Shown: in pieces, positions 1-12,769 of the stretch
How positions within the stretch are numbered: position 1 is the stretch's first letter
How the letters are laid out: every line of letters starts with the position of its first letter
DNA from: Epiperipatus broadwayi
Lineage: Eukaryota; Animalia; Onychophora
Length of the DNA stretch: 64,000 nucleotides
Direction of reading: 5' to 3'
NCBI GenBank assembly: GCA_028023455.1
Contig: JAQFVV010000006.1
Coordinates: 16,430,001 to 16,494,000, forward strand
Translations under genes and position numbers: made by a program
The notes under the pieces: model-generated
Database searches by the model: none
Seen by the model: only the letters and a program-made list of their open reading frames with translations
Told to the model about the DNA's origin: nothing

Positions 1-174
1 TACATTATAATAGAAGTTTGAAATCAAACTTTTAATATTATATTGCTTTAACATTTTTTAACAGATAATTTAATTTCTATTAATTTAAATAGATTTTGAG
101 TAACATTTGAATATGATTGAAATTAGAAAGATAATTGATGTACTAATTTGTTGGATTTACTATTAAAAGCAATA

Positions 175-275
175 ATAAGATGAACCCAACATGAGATGGA
201 TGGATAAGGTAAAGAAATATACTGGAGTGATGTGAAGGGAAACTTTATCAGAGAAACTGGATTAAACATGAAGAT
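175..275 (+). mobile_element. Decayed RTE 3' fragment
   Basis: 'cccaacatgagatggatggataaggtaaagaaatatactggagtgatgtg' aligns by eye to 38925-38975 of the full-length element. Confidence 0.5.
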
Positions 276-1837
276 AAAGGATCTGTAATAATTGAAATTG
301 ATTAGAAGTATAGTAATTGAACCATTCTACAAACTCAATTTTGAAGAAAATGAATTTTATACATTAGAAGCATATTGATAGAAATATTAATAGTTTACAT
401 AGATAAGCGCTGGCTTTTCAGTTGGTATTTTTGATCGTGTCAAAATGTTCTAGCTCTTCACTGAGGTGAGAGAAAAAGCTCCAAACCGATAGGTCTGAGG
501 ATAGGAATAATTCTAGTTAGAGATATTAAATGCTTTCTCTTCGGCACTTATCAATAAAAGCTTGTTAGAGCTATTGGTACAATCCCTATATTACATTTCT
601 GTAATACAAGCTTAAAAAACAAAGTCATGCTATATATGTCTTTCTTTATTAATTATATTAACAGTTTATATGATTTGTTATTTAATCTTTGTTAATGAAT
701 TTGAAATTAAAGTACTATATTTTGTGGATCTCATAGCATAGTACTACATTTGCTATTTGAGCATTTATTTAGTTTGAAGTTTATTAAAAATTTACTTGTA
801 AAAGTATAATAAAGACATTGGAAGCTGTTGTTTAAATTACAAAGAAAAATGCTAGGTGATGGTAATTACTTTAAAGAAATTGGATCCATAATATATATTG
901 CTATTTGATTTATTTAGAATATGTGGTTTAGGGCTCATGCATCATCCTCAAATGATTACGAAAATTCACAACAGAATAAATGACTTTCTACATTTTTCAT
1001 TGATTAGTACTTGAAAGAATAAGAAAACTTATCAACAATAAATGACTTATTTATCCACTATAAAACTTTTATTTATGATTGCAATGAATGACACAAAATT
1101 TGTATTTGTACAATAATGTAGTTTGAAGAACTGAAGCCTGAAATTCTAATGCTACCCCCCCCCCTCAACTGGCATCTATGTTTTTGATCTACTTAATACC
1201 ATAAAACTTCACTAAAATAGTATGTTACTGATAAAATTATTCTTCTTATGGTGATATCATTTATTTTTGATTATGAACTGAGTAAATTTAAAAAAAGTCA
1301 ATTTGGTCTGTTGAATCGATTTACATATTCTGCATCCAATCTGGGCAGGTGTTCAAAACTTCATTCTTGGTAAACAGCAAGCATGTTACTAAAGTAATAT
1401 GATTTATTAAATACGTTCTATTTCTATATTGATTAATGTTTAATACTCATTTTATTGCGAACTTACGTTTTTTTTTTTTTTGTTCTTGTTAATGCATCTT
1501 TTATGTTTTTTTTTTCCTGGTAATATTCTATAGTTTGTAATTATTATAATCTTGTAATCAAATTTTATTACTGCTATACTTTTTAACTTCTGTACTGTGT
1601 TTTATACTTGCAACAGCACACCGAATGTGAGTAAGATTTTTTAGCAATAAATATACATATTTTCAAGTAATAAAAAATAATCTCTATAAAAAGAAAAGAA
1701 ACTAAAAGGGAAAGTTAAACAAAAACATGTTGTTACAAGGTTTGTGAGCTTATGCACATGATATATTGCTTTGTATGATTTAGTAATAGAATAATGAATT
1801 ATGAATATAAAATATATATATATATATAATGTATTCT

Positions 1838-2119
1838 GGAATTCAAATTTCATGGTTTGGGGCCCTGCACTGTCACTTCTGGTGTTCAAATTTTTCATGA
1901 ACTCCTGAATAATAGACCATTCTGTTATTTTGCTTTGCATGGTTTATTTGCAATGGTAGTAGTAGAATAATGGATTTTGGAGTTCAAATTCATGGTTTGG
2001 GGTCCAGTTCTGTTCCTTCTAATGTCAAACGTTTTATGAACTGAGTAATAAACCATTCCATTATTTTGCTTTGTACAGTTTAGTTGCAGTGGTAGAGTGA
2101 TAGCCTTTGGATCACATGA
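1838..2119 (+). repeat. Imperfect tandem duplication, period ~141 bp
   Basis: Units start GGAATTCAAATTTCATGGTTTGGGG (1838) and GGAGTTCAAATTCATGGTTTGGGG (1979) and share ..ATGAACT..ACCATT..TTATTTTGCTTTG..TGCA.TGGTAG. Confidence 0.8.
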
Positions 2120-2830
2120 TCTATGTATAATAGCTTCGATTGACACTTGTTGTTTGTGTATTTAGAGTATCCCAGCCATTCTGTTAAAAATTATGAAGGC
2201 AGTAAGCATAATCAACAAAAAATAATATATTTTTTATATCAAATTTATTATTGCTAAGTAGAAATAGAATTGCACTAATATTTTTAAATCAAATTTAATA
2301 AATTCAACTCATATCCAGCAAGGAGGGAGAGGGGAAGCTCCAGAAAAGAATTTGATATATTTGGAATATTAATTTTTCTTTTGTATGTTTATAAAGTGCC
2401 AGATGTGTTTATCTTAAGCAAAGAAGATGATTATTTATAGATGTAGGAATAAAGGCATATTTTAACAATCAAAATATATTTTTGACTACTCTTTAAATTT
2501 TTTTAATAATTATTGGAATAATATGAACTGACTTTGACTATTATGTAATTGGGTGTTAAAACTAAAATAGCAGTGGTGAATTTAAAATATTTCAAAGTAA
2601 TAAGTCAGTACTAATATATATATATTACACTCTTTTTAATATTTAAACAGGTAATGAATAGGTAAAATTGATCTGAATGTGTTGGAATAAATAATTATTT
2701 CCAAGTTAAGCAAATAAATGTTTGTCATAGCACTATTACGTGATTAAAAGCCCAGAGCTGAAATGATAATATTTCTACCTGCCACCCAATTTTAATTTTA
2801 AGTGGATAAAATTGGAAATTTGTTTTTCAG

Positions 2831-2916
2831 GTTTTAATCAGACTTGGCATTTTTCTTTCAGGTCGTTGGTACACAGCCACTTCAGCTATGTATATGTCTC
2901 CATTTTTAACTAGAAG
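2831..2916 (+). CDS. Candidate host coding exon (VLIRLGIFLSGRWYTATSAMYMSPFLTR)
   Basis: TTTTTCAG acceptor at 2830 (alternative TTTTCTTTCAG at 2861), AAG|GTAAAA donor at 2916, open frame; protein not recognised. Confidence 0.3.
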
Positions 2917-4166
2917 GTAAAATATAAGAATGTAATTTTGTAGCATGATAAGTAGCACCTTCTTCATTGTGGTATGAAATCTTTATCATGCACTGAACTA
3001 TTTACTTACAACATTCACATTGTAATAAATTTAAAGATAATGGCTAAATACTGTAATTTTGATTGGAAAATAATTTTTGGGCAACTTTTGTGACAGCAAA
3101 AAAATCTAAACGTTTTTTCTGTTGGGAGTTTTAGAGTTAATTCTTTTCATGTATTTATAAATTTTTATTTATATCATATATTTATCAATCCCATAATGTC
3201 TTTATTTTTTATTGAAAAAATAAATTTGATATGTCTATTCTCATTTAATGTATAGATAGACATTTTTTTTTATTTATTGTACATGATATTTACTAATTTG
3301 TATGAATCTTAAGATAACTTTCTAACTATTGTAAGCCAAAATGTCTTTATATTTTTTAAATTGTAACTTATTATCATTTTCATTATATCTATTACTGTTC
3401 CTTGTTTTCATTCCTTAAAAAAAAAAAAAAATCTTTATTGGTATAATTAAAAAAGAAAGAAAGACTCAAAACAAATCATCTCTCTCTTAATGAATAATTA
3501 ACTATATCCTATCATATGGCACTGCATTAAAAGGGAAATGGTTCCAGTAGCCTAGTTATTGCAGTCATAATCATTTTTATAAAGAAGTAATAAATAAATG
3601 CATTATTTATTCTAATATGCCTAATTTTATGAATAGTAATTTTTTTTTTAAAATTGTAAACCAAGTTAAATAAAATTATTCTAAAAATAAGTATGCTACA
3701 GTAATGAACCTAACACTTTTGTCATATTAATTCCACTGCATCAAAAGCAAGAACAACTCAGGGAACTAACATTTTTAAAGCAAGGATAATGCAAATGAAA
3801 CATTGTTTATAAAAATAAATTATTTTATAAATAAGTAAATTATGAACAAATAAATATTGTATTTATTGTTATACATATTTTTGGAAAAGCTATGTGTAAT
3901 TGATTCCAAAAATGTTTAGTATTGATGCATGTGATTTGATACTTATTATTAGCACTAAGTATAGCCATAAAAAATAGCCATTGCATATGATAATGCTTAA
4001 TAACCACTAATAAGTATATACTCTGCCATTCTAGATATTAATATAAAATAATACTCATACAAAGTTTGAATATAAAATTTTTAATAATATTCTTATACCA
4101 AGTATAATTTTAATTAGATTGTTTAAACTGTAAATGCTATTATAGTAAAAGATACACATTTCTTCA

Positions 4167-4277
4167 AGTCATCCAACAATATGGTAATAAGAAAGCAGCA
4201 GCCACTTTGAAATTGATTCTCTTTAAGAAGAAATATAATAAAGTGGCTGTCACTTATTACTATATTGTCTGATGACT
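4167..4277. repeat. Imperfect ~40-bp-arm hairpin
   Basis: AGTCATCCAACAATATGGTAATAAG..CAGCCACTTT (4167-4208) is complementary to AAAGTGGCTG..CTTATTACTATATTGTCTGATGACT (4240-4277). Confidence 0.7.
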
Positions 4278-4380
4278 GGAGGGATTATAACAGTATTTAC
4301 TGTTTAAATGATCTATTTAACACTATATATATATGAAAAACAAAAAAACACAAGTTAAAAAACTTGCTAATGCTTGTATT

Positions 4381-4597
4381 TATGATAACAGATGGCGTTC
4401 TACCAAAAACACCGTTAAGCGTAGTTTTCTGTTTACATAAACGTCAGAGCGAGCATTCACTATCTCTAACTTTAATTCCACTTTCAGATCATGATTTCAA
4501 GCTATTTGTTAGAGATAGTGAATGCTCGCTCTGACGTTTATGTAAACAGAAAACTACGCTTGACGGTGTTTTTGGTAGAACGCCATCTGTTATCATA
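4381..4597. mobile_element. Foldback MITE with 90-bp arms
   Basis: 4381-4470 is the reverse complement of 4508-4597 with one mismatch; 37-bp spacer; TA at both ends; terminal AGATGGCG motif. Confidence 0.85.
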
Positions 4598-5101
4598 TAT
4601 ATTGTTAAAAGAAGGTTGCCTTGACAACATGTTGAGATTGTTGATTGGTATTGATATTGGGTAAGTGTTGATTGATTTTAATGATTATTTGTATAATAAT
4701 ATCTCTTATTAAGCAATCTGATTTTGAATAGACAAAGTGTTATTACTAATTTGCAGAAAAAGAAAAAAAGATGTAAAATGGAAAACGGATTTTATCATTT
4801 AGAATTTTAAATTTCATAGTTTCTACCTTTGACTAAACATTGTATCACTGCTTCAAAAACAAAAAATGCATTTTAGCTTAGCAGCATATTGCAATAGTCA
4901 GCCCAAATGTGCAACTTATCTTTTTTTTTTTTTTTTAAAATTATGTTCAGTGAATGAACTTATCATGTTACTACCATGAATGAAATTCATTTGATGAATG
5001 TATTTATTATTAACATTTTAAAATGTATCGGTGTTTATCTTTAATTTCTATGAATAGATAATAGTTCTCTTCTCATACTTTAAAGCCAGCTATTATAAGC
5101 T

Positions 5102-5262
5102 ATAAAGACCTAGAAAAAGACCACATGTGAGATGGATGGATGAAATAAGAAAGTGTGCAGGGGCGATGTGGAGAAGAGATGCTAGAGATCGGAGAAGATG
5201 GATTGAACTTGGAGAGATCTTCATCCTGCAGTGGATTGATAATGGTTGATGATGATGATGAC
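5102..5262 (+). mobile_element. 5'-truncated RTE 3' end
   Basis: Matches 38900-39061 and ends in (GAT)n; TSD TATAAGCT at 5094-5101 and 5263-5270. Confidence 0.95.
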
Positions 5263-7682
5263 TATAAGCTTGGGTCATCAGGACACCAGATATAGTATTA
5301 TATATCCATAGTCACCCTGTTTTCTGGCTTTTGCTAAAGAGAAAGCTATGCGTTATTATTGTGAATAAATACTTTTGATAAATAACATTTTTTCATTTTG
5401 TATTTAACATGTACTGTATCTATGCTTTGCTTCTATTTTGTTAAAAATACATTCATAATTACTGATAAAAGTGAATACATATTTTATACCATTTTGTCAT
5501 ATGATATTTTGAAAGAAACTTTATATGATAATAGAGGTTGGATTTGGAATTTTAGTAAAACATATTCTTCTTTAGTTAAAGAACCATGTGATCTGCCTAT
5601 CATGAATCATTTTTAGACTATCTATTATGAAATGTAAATACATTAAAAAATAATAATCTATTTATTACATCTAAATCCAAACAGGAAAAACAGTTAAAAC
5701 AAATTTATGTAAATAATATTAAATTTCTATAGTGTGTATATATATATCGTTATTTCAGCATATTAATTTTTATTTTCAAGTAATATATTTATATGCATGC
5801 ATTAACTATTATGTAATGTCTATTTTTGTGTCGGATTCTTCTTTATGATCAAAATATAATCCAGAATTGTGGTTAGTTATTAAGTTTGTAGACATAAGAG
5901 AGATACACTTATTAAATTAAAGTTAAATGTTAGTAATTGTGAATACAGACATTTTTCAAATATGTTAAATTTTTTTAAGAGAAAAATCCTGATGTGGTTA
6001 ATTGCTGTTTAAAAGAATTTATTGATGAAATTACGAAAATTAAATGTGGAATTAATTCAAAATTTAAAGATTTTGAATGAAACTGAACTTAATGTTTATT
6101 TGGTCAGTATGGGGGGGGGGGGCGTCTTTGTTTATCGTAAGTAATTGATTCCAGGAAAAGACCATGATAAATGAATTTGTGTTTAAAAGGTTCAAAATTC
6201 TTACTGTAATAATATTAAAATGTTTTTTAGAGAGCATGTTCATTTAAAAACATAAACAAATGAAATACTGTATATTGATTAAATAATAATAGTAAAATAT
6301 TATAAAATAATTAGTATATAAAGAACAAATGTATATTAATTAAATAAAAGTTAACATATGTATAAAGTGGAAGCTTCTTGTAATGTCACTCGTTCCTTTC
6401 AAATATAGCAATCATCCATATTGTATTTAAACTTCTTTTCCCAAAGGTGATTATAATAATTGGGTAACTGACTTTATGACTCATTTATAATGCTCGATCA
6501 TCATCATCGGTGGTAGTAGCTAGTGATTTTCACTTTTTCTATTTATTCTAGCATTTCATTTTTAAACCTATCATCTAAAATATACATATATCTTGTAATG
6601 ATCATTGTTTTTTTCTTCTGGATAAGCAAAACTGATAAGCTTATATAGTTGATAAACTATAATTTCTATATTATGATTTGTTTATCTACTCTATCGTTAA
6701 TTCATAAGTAAGTTCTAATTATATTCCCAAAATTGTAATATCTACATTTCATTCATCAACTTTTTTTTATTTTTTGTTAATAATTTTAAATTGAAAAGAT
6801 ATTCTGGAAGAAAATTGCACTACAATATCTGTATCTAAATATTTAATATGATAATATTGTACATTATTGTATACTGAAAGTAGAACCTATTAGGGATCTC
6901 GGTGCAGTATTTTTAGTTGTTGTAGGCTTACAAATAGCTATATTTTTTTTGTGCAATTTTAAAAAATGTAATTATTTAATATTTATGAGAGGGAAAAATG
7001 TTTTAAATTAAAAAAATTTACCGCAAGAAATTGATGAAAATATTTCGCGTTAATGATGTCATGTGTGACAATTCCTTTATTATTAAGTTTTTGCTATGTA
7101 GTGGTATTTTTCACTGAATTCTTTAAAAAATTGAATTAATAGCATCTGGAATATCCTGTATAAAACTTCCCATATGAAAAGCAGGATTCTGCTATTTAAA
7201 TCTAGTATTGGCCTGGCATTCCCAGTAGATTTAAACTTTTTTAATGCTTTTGCTTAAATCCTTGATACCGATTTGTTCTTGTGGTTAGTTAGGATGAGTC
7301 AAAAGTTTTTAATATAAATCTTACTGCAAAAGCAATTTACGGTTTTTAAAGTAAACACAGCTATCAGTTATCCAAAATTAGTAATTTCATCATTATGTTC
7401 TAATATTATTCCATTTTACTGTAACTCTCACCAAAATTTCCAGTTTTGAATTATAAAAAATTTAGAATTTCTTAAGCAAATTTAGTATTTTCTTAAATAT
7501 ATATATATATATTAAATTCATGTTTTAATTACATGAATTGAAATTACTATTGGGTTTAAAATCAGTATTGTGCGAGCGACTTGATTTTCATCTGATTCAT
7601 ATCAAACAGAGCATCACATTATTCTCTTTACATTCAATATTTGTTGCATTAGAAACGTTAAATTTTTTTTACTCCATTTCAG

Positions 7683-7788
7683 AGTAGGATTAATCCAAAT
7701 AATACTAAACAGTGTTGACAATTCAATTTCCAAATTTGTTTCTTTTAGTGAGGACATTGACAACAAAGGCCAAATAACCAGCAATTAG
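7683..7788 (+). CDS. Candidate terminal host exon (VGLIQIILNSVDNSISKFVSFSEDIDNKGQITSN*)
   Basis: TTTTTTTACTCCATTTCAG acceptor; 34 open codons in the phase left by 2831-2916; no homology recognised. Confidence 0.2.
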
Positions 7789-9299
7789 TCTGGGGATTTG
7801 ATTGGCGCTGTCAATTTTACTGTCCAAGAACAGTAGAGTGGGTTACGATGTTCCAAATTTAGATCTCTATACTATTGTGATGACTCAAGTACATAAATCT
7901 GTGGATTATTAAAATATAGTAATGGGAAAATAAAAATGCAGCCATGACAGATTAAAAATAATATGAATGAAAAAATTGAATGGGTTATGCAAAGTTTGAG
8001 TACAGGAAATGACAAAACTGGACCATGATTCATAGACTTTGAGCTCAAAGGTTGCCATTTTACCACAACATCAAATCACTTGAGGCAAAAATACAAATGA
8101 TTTTGCTGTAATAAAAGTAAATATATATTTAAAAATCATCTTTTATATAAATTCTTTAATATAGAAAAATTATAAAGTATGTATAAATCTATAACAACTG
8201 GAAAAGTTACTAAAGTAATAAATGTTTTATAGGCATAGGCATAAATACAATCAGCGGTTTAATTTATGGTGAGTGATTATATCTGACAGTGTGCAACAAA
8301 ATGTAATTAATCCTTGTACTATTACAAGCCCAACCATTTAAGACAATACTTTTATGCCTAAAGAAACAATAATAATTTATTACTTGATTTAAAATATCTA
8401 CAAACATGAAAACAAGAAACAAGCTGTCAAAACAGAGGCATTGGAAATTCATCCAGCCAATGATTATGTAGTTTATTAAAAAAATTCAATGCGTAAGTAC
8501 CAAATTATGTGAGAATAGATCTTGAAAATGATTATAAAATATGGTTGAAGGATAGGTGTTTGTGTGTGATGACACATACTATATGTATTGATGAGAAAAT
8601 TACATTTTGGTTTATATTGTCAAAAAAAACACAACAAAAACAGATGAGTATATGGAGAATTATTTACATATTGGAATAATAATGAAAGAAAGAGAAAAGG
8701 AGAGATTTCTTGATTGATTTATTAAAATATAATTATAATTGGTGAAAAATATCAAGATTAGACTATAAATAATAGTTTATAAACTTAGTTTAAGTTTATA
8801 ACTAGAAATTGAGTAGTCTGATCTCAGGTGTGAAAAGCACAATTATTTGAAATAAAAGATAAAACAACTATTCTTAAAAATATTTATAAATTTAAACTTG
8901 GATAGATCTAAGTTTCAATCACAGTGCTTGAAACATTCATTGTTTGATCATTTTAGATAAAAAAAAAATCTAAGCAGTCTCTCTACAGAATATATATATA
9001 TATTTTGGGATATCTTGTCTTATCAGCTGATTAGGGCACTGCTAGTCATCCATATAAATGTAGCACTCATTTTTATAGTAACATTAAATCGACTGCGTCA
9101 GTTTTAATGTTAATGTAATAATGATTTCATATTTATATGGACAATTGATGGTGCTCTAATAAACTAAGGAGGGAGCATTTTCCAAAATATATGTATTCTG
9201 CTGAGTTTTTATTGATATGGTGATCAAACAATGAATATTTCAAGCATTGTGTATCTTATATCTATCTAAATTTATTGAAAGTAAATAGTAACTTTTTAA

Positions 9300-10110
9300 C
9301 TTTTTATGGTACTTCTGAGTTTTCGAGTAAACCAAGATGGCAGCCCATATTTTTGATAAATCTGCAGTCTCGGGGGCCCCAAAAAAAGTTTACAAAAAAT
9401 GCCTGCTAGGAAACATATTTAATAATTATAGTTTATTTTTTATTGTTATTTTTAAAAAAGAAATTGTGGAGAAATCAATTACTATATTTACAGTTTTTTT
9501 TTTTGGGATTAATTTATTAATAAAAAAATGAAAAATACATTATTTATATTTTATTCATGTTGGCAGCATGATCATTAACGTAAACTTTTCAGGAGGGCAA
9601 GATCCCAAACCTCTGGAAATAGTACATTGCATCACGTTAGGTGATAGGAAGGTCTCAAATTTTTATCATTATGATAATTTGCCAAAAAACTGCCTACAAA
9701 AAGAAACACTGAATTGAATTAAAGTGCGACAATATTAAAAGTATCTCATCGCTTCTCATGTTAAAAGTAAAAAAAATTTGAAATTAAAGTTTCTTAATGA
9801 AATTTATTGGATTTTATTCCTTTTTTTTAAATTTAGCGGTAGACATTAATTTTGTTTTGATGTAACAACTAATACATCTTCAGTAGATTATAGGTCTCAA
9901 AACATACATTTATCAAAAATATGAGATGCCATCTTGGTTTATAGGAAAACTCACACGTATCCTTTTTACATAGTAGCAGAAACATTTTCTTTGCCAAAAA
10001 AGGCTGACATTGGATGGTTTTTTTAAAAAAAAGTTAACTAGCAAATGAAGATTGTGAATCTCAGCTAACCTTTTCCCATTAAGTAAATCCCAACTTTTCT
10101 GTAGTATAGT
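9300..10110 (+). mobile_element. Non-coding DNA-transposon-like repeat, copy A
   Basis: Internal inverted blocks with CAAGATGGC (9300-9365 vs 9915-9960); collinear in reverse orientation with 39200-40180. Confidence 0.7.
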
Positions 10111-11175
10111 AAATATTTTTAAGTCTATAATTTTATTCACTTTTATAACTTTTATATGTTACTTTAATCTTCATGTTTTAAATGCACATGTTTTATATTT
10201 AAAATAAATGGTTGACATTTATTTGTGTGTTTACCCATAAATAGTAGGAACGATAGTAATATTGTGCCATTAGCCCACAACCAATTAATTATGATTAAAG
10301 ATAATCTCATGATCCTCATTTAATGCTATCAGTTTGTTTTAATTCTACGGCAGACAGTTTAAATTTAATTGGGTTGGGTCAGAGTTACTATATCGCCATT
10401 AGAGTGCTGAAAATATTACCTTTGTCAGCAGCCATTTGTAAATAAGCATGGCTATTCTAACCATTTCTAAGGAAAAAATAAAACAAGAAATTCAAATTAC
10501 AGTAATAATACATGAGAAATAAGTTTTGCAATGACCATGCAATCCATTCTGTGACCATAAATATGAACTTATGTAGGACTTATTCTGACCTAGCCTCCAG
10601 AGTAGTAAAAGTTGGCATTATAGAAGTGTTAAGCCTATAAATAGGAAACATTTTAAAAAACTGATATATATATATATTTGTTGACTTTACTCAAATTGAA
10701 AAAGAAACTGATTGACTATATAAATAAAAATTTGAAATTAGATTCAATTACGTGAACTTAAAGGGAGAGCAAAAGGTAGAGAAAGCTGGCTATGTTTTCT
10801 GTTCAAGATTTTTTATTATTATTTAATTTTATAAAATATTTATGTGCATTTTTCCCACTTTGCAGAGGGAGAGAGAGAAAAAAAGAGTACTGTTATTGAA
10901 AAACAATAGAAGATAAAGAATAAAAAGTTAAAAACAAAGAAAAATTAAGATCAGAGTTCTATGTGTGAAATTAATGGATATAAATATGGATGCACAAACA
11001 AAAAACATTACCACATTTAGTGCAGAAAGATCCAAACATATGTCTGAAGACAATAAGGTTAAAGAAAATGGGGATGGATAGAAAAAAAATGATGATTAAC
11101 TTAGTAGTGTTAGTTATCATATACATATTCCATTTTGCATAAAATTTCAAAACTGAATACTGAATAAAACTAATT

Positions 11176-11281
11176 GTCAAGCATTGGTGGTCGAGAGGTC
11201 AGCGACATCTGCTTACCAAGCAGTTGTCCCGGGTTAGCGGGTTCGCTTCCTGGCTGATGCTATGACACATGAAAAAAAAAA
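11176..11281 (+). mobile_element. tRNA-derived SINE, family 1
   Basis: A box TGGTCGAGAGG, B box GGTTCGCTTCC, cloverleaf pairing, poly(A) tail, TSD AAAACTAATT (11166-11175 / 11282-11291). Confidence 0.9.
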
Positions 11282-12769
11282 AAAACTAATTAAATTGATT
11301 ATCTATTTATTTTTCTGTATATAGTTCTATGACCTATACAATATAATAACTAGGGCGAAAAAGTCAAAAGCATTGATTTAATAATTATAAATATGTATTT
11401 GTAAAATAATGGATAGGGCAAAACATTTTCTGGGTAGAATTTATTTTCTATAATACAATGTTGCTACTTGTTGTCTGTTGAAAGGAAAGTAGAATAATAA
11501 ATCCATAAAAATTTTAACATTTTTAATGGTACAGTAAAATATTTCACTTAAAAATATACTGTTTATAAGCTGAACAAAGCATTAAAACTAATTTTTAAAG
11601 GAAGTCATTTAAATAGGCTGGTTTGATGCCATGGAAGAATGGTATGCTCAACATGCTCAACACGCTCAGTTCTACCAAGGCTGATGATTGTCACATTTCT
11701 TATGAGGGTCTGAGTAATTAACCATTTGAGTATTTTTTATTTTATTTCAATAGACTATGAGCCAGAAGGGAAGGGAAAGAAAACTAATAGCACAATTTCT
11801 TAATTTAGTAGTTTCCTTATTATTAAAATTATTTAGAACTGTAAATCTAAAATTAAAATCTATTCTTTGATTCTACTGATAGCTAGAAATAAAAGCCATA
11901 TTTTTGTAGGAAAGCGTGGATTTTTGTCAGAGCCCATTATGGAACCATTAATTCAAAGTAGTATTACATATTCAGCTGCTCTAGATATTAAATCAAAATT
12001 CTATGATCACTGATTTGCAAATGTAATCATAAGACCATGTCTGAAAATGGAGACATCGTAATCATAAAGCATAAGCTCACTAATGATGTTTTAACTCTTC
12101 AATTTTTTATTGGTCACAGGGATTCCCTATGCAATTTAGCATAATGGAAGTAAACTCAATACCAAACGGTTACTGGATCAAAGCTTCATATCGATTCTTC
12201 CTGTGTTAAATGTCCTTCTAAGCAACTATTTAATTATTTCCCACATGCAATTTAGTGCAATAGTTGGGTGATGGAATCAAAAATTGTAGTTCCTGGGTCG
12301 AAACTGTGATTTTGGTGCTCAGATATCATAGGAACTTTTGAGCAATAACTATTCAATATTGTATTTAATGACATTTTGTTTTTTAATTTCAAATGTAAAG
12401 CTTTTTTTTTTTTTTGTCTATAAAGAAATAATGAATTCTTGGTTTTAATAATTCTCTTAGTTAAAATAGTTTGTACTGAAAAGTGACTTTTCTCACTTAA
12501 AAAAAATAATGCAAATTAGGTATTATTTAATACCTGAATTTTTCTATAATACCAGTGAAGCGTATTGTGGACACAAAAAGTTTTATATTTTAATCTATTT
12601 AGTAAATATAAAAACTTATGTGAAACTTGGATTCCCTATCAACACAATATAAAGGCATGAGAAAAGTTTCATTTAAGAATACTTCATGAAATTTTAAAAA
12701 TATAGTGGCAAGATCATAAAAGAGTATTTTTTTCAACTTACAGGATGTGATACTTTTAAAGTTCTTTAC

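Noticed and set aside
5075-5290. CTGATGA on the minus strand with a stem rebuilt after removing the RTE insertion
   Set aside because: No GAAA box and no stem I/III; too degenerate to call a hammerhead
9855-9890. Minus-strand CTGAAGATGTA..TACATC
   Set aside because: Pairing uses core bases, GAAA is absent, and the homologous copy at ~39440 lacks the core
11684-11722. TGATGA..CTGA box C/D-like pair
   Set aside because: Only ~24 nt apart with no terminal stem; too short for a snoRNA
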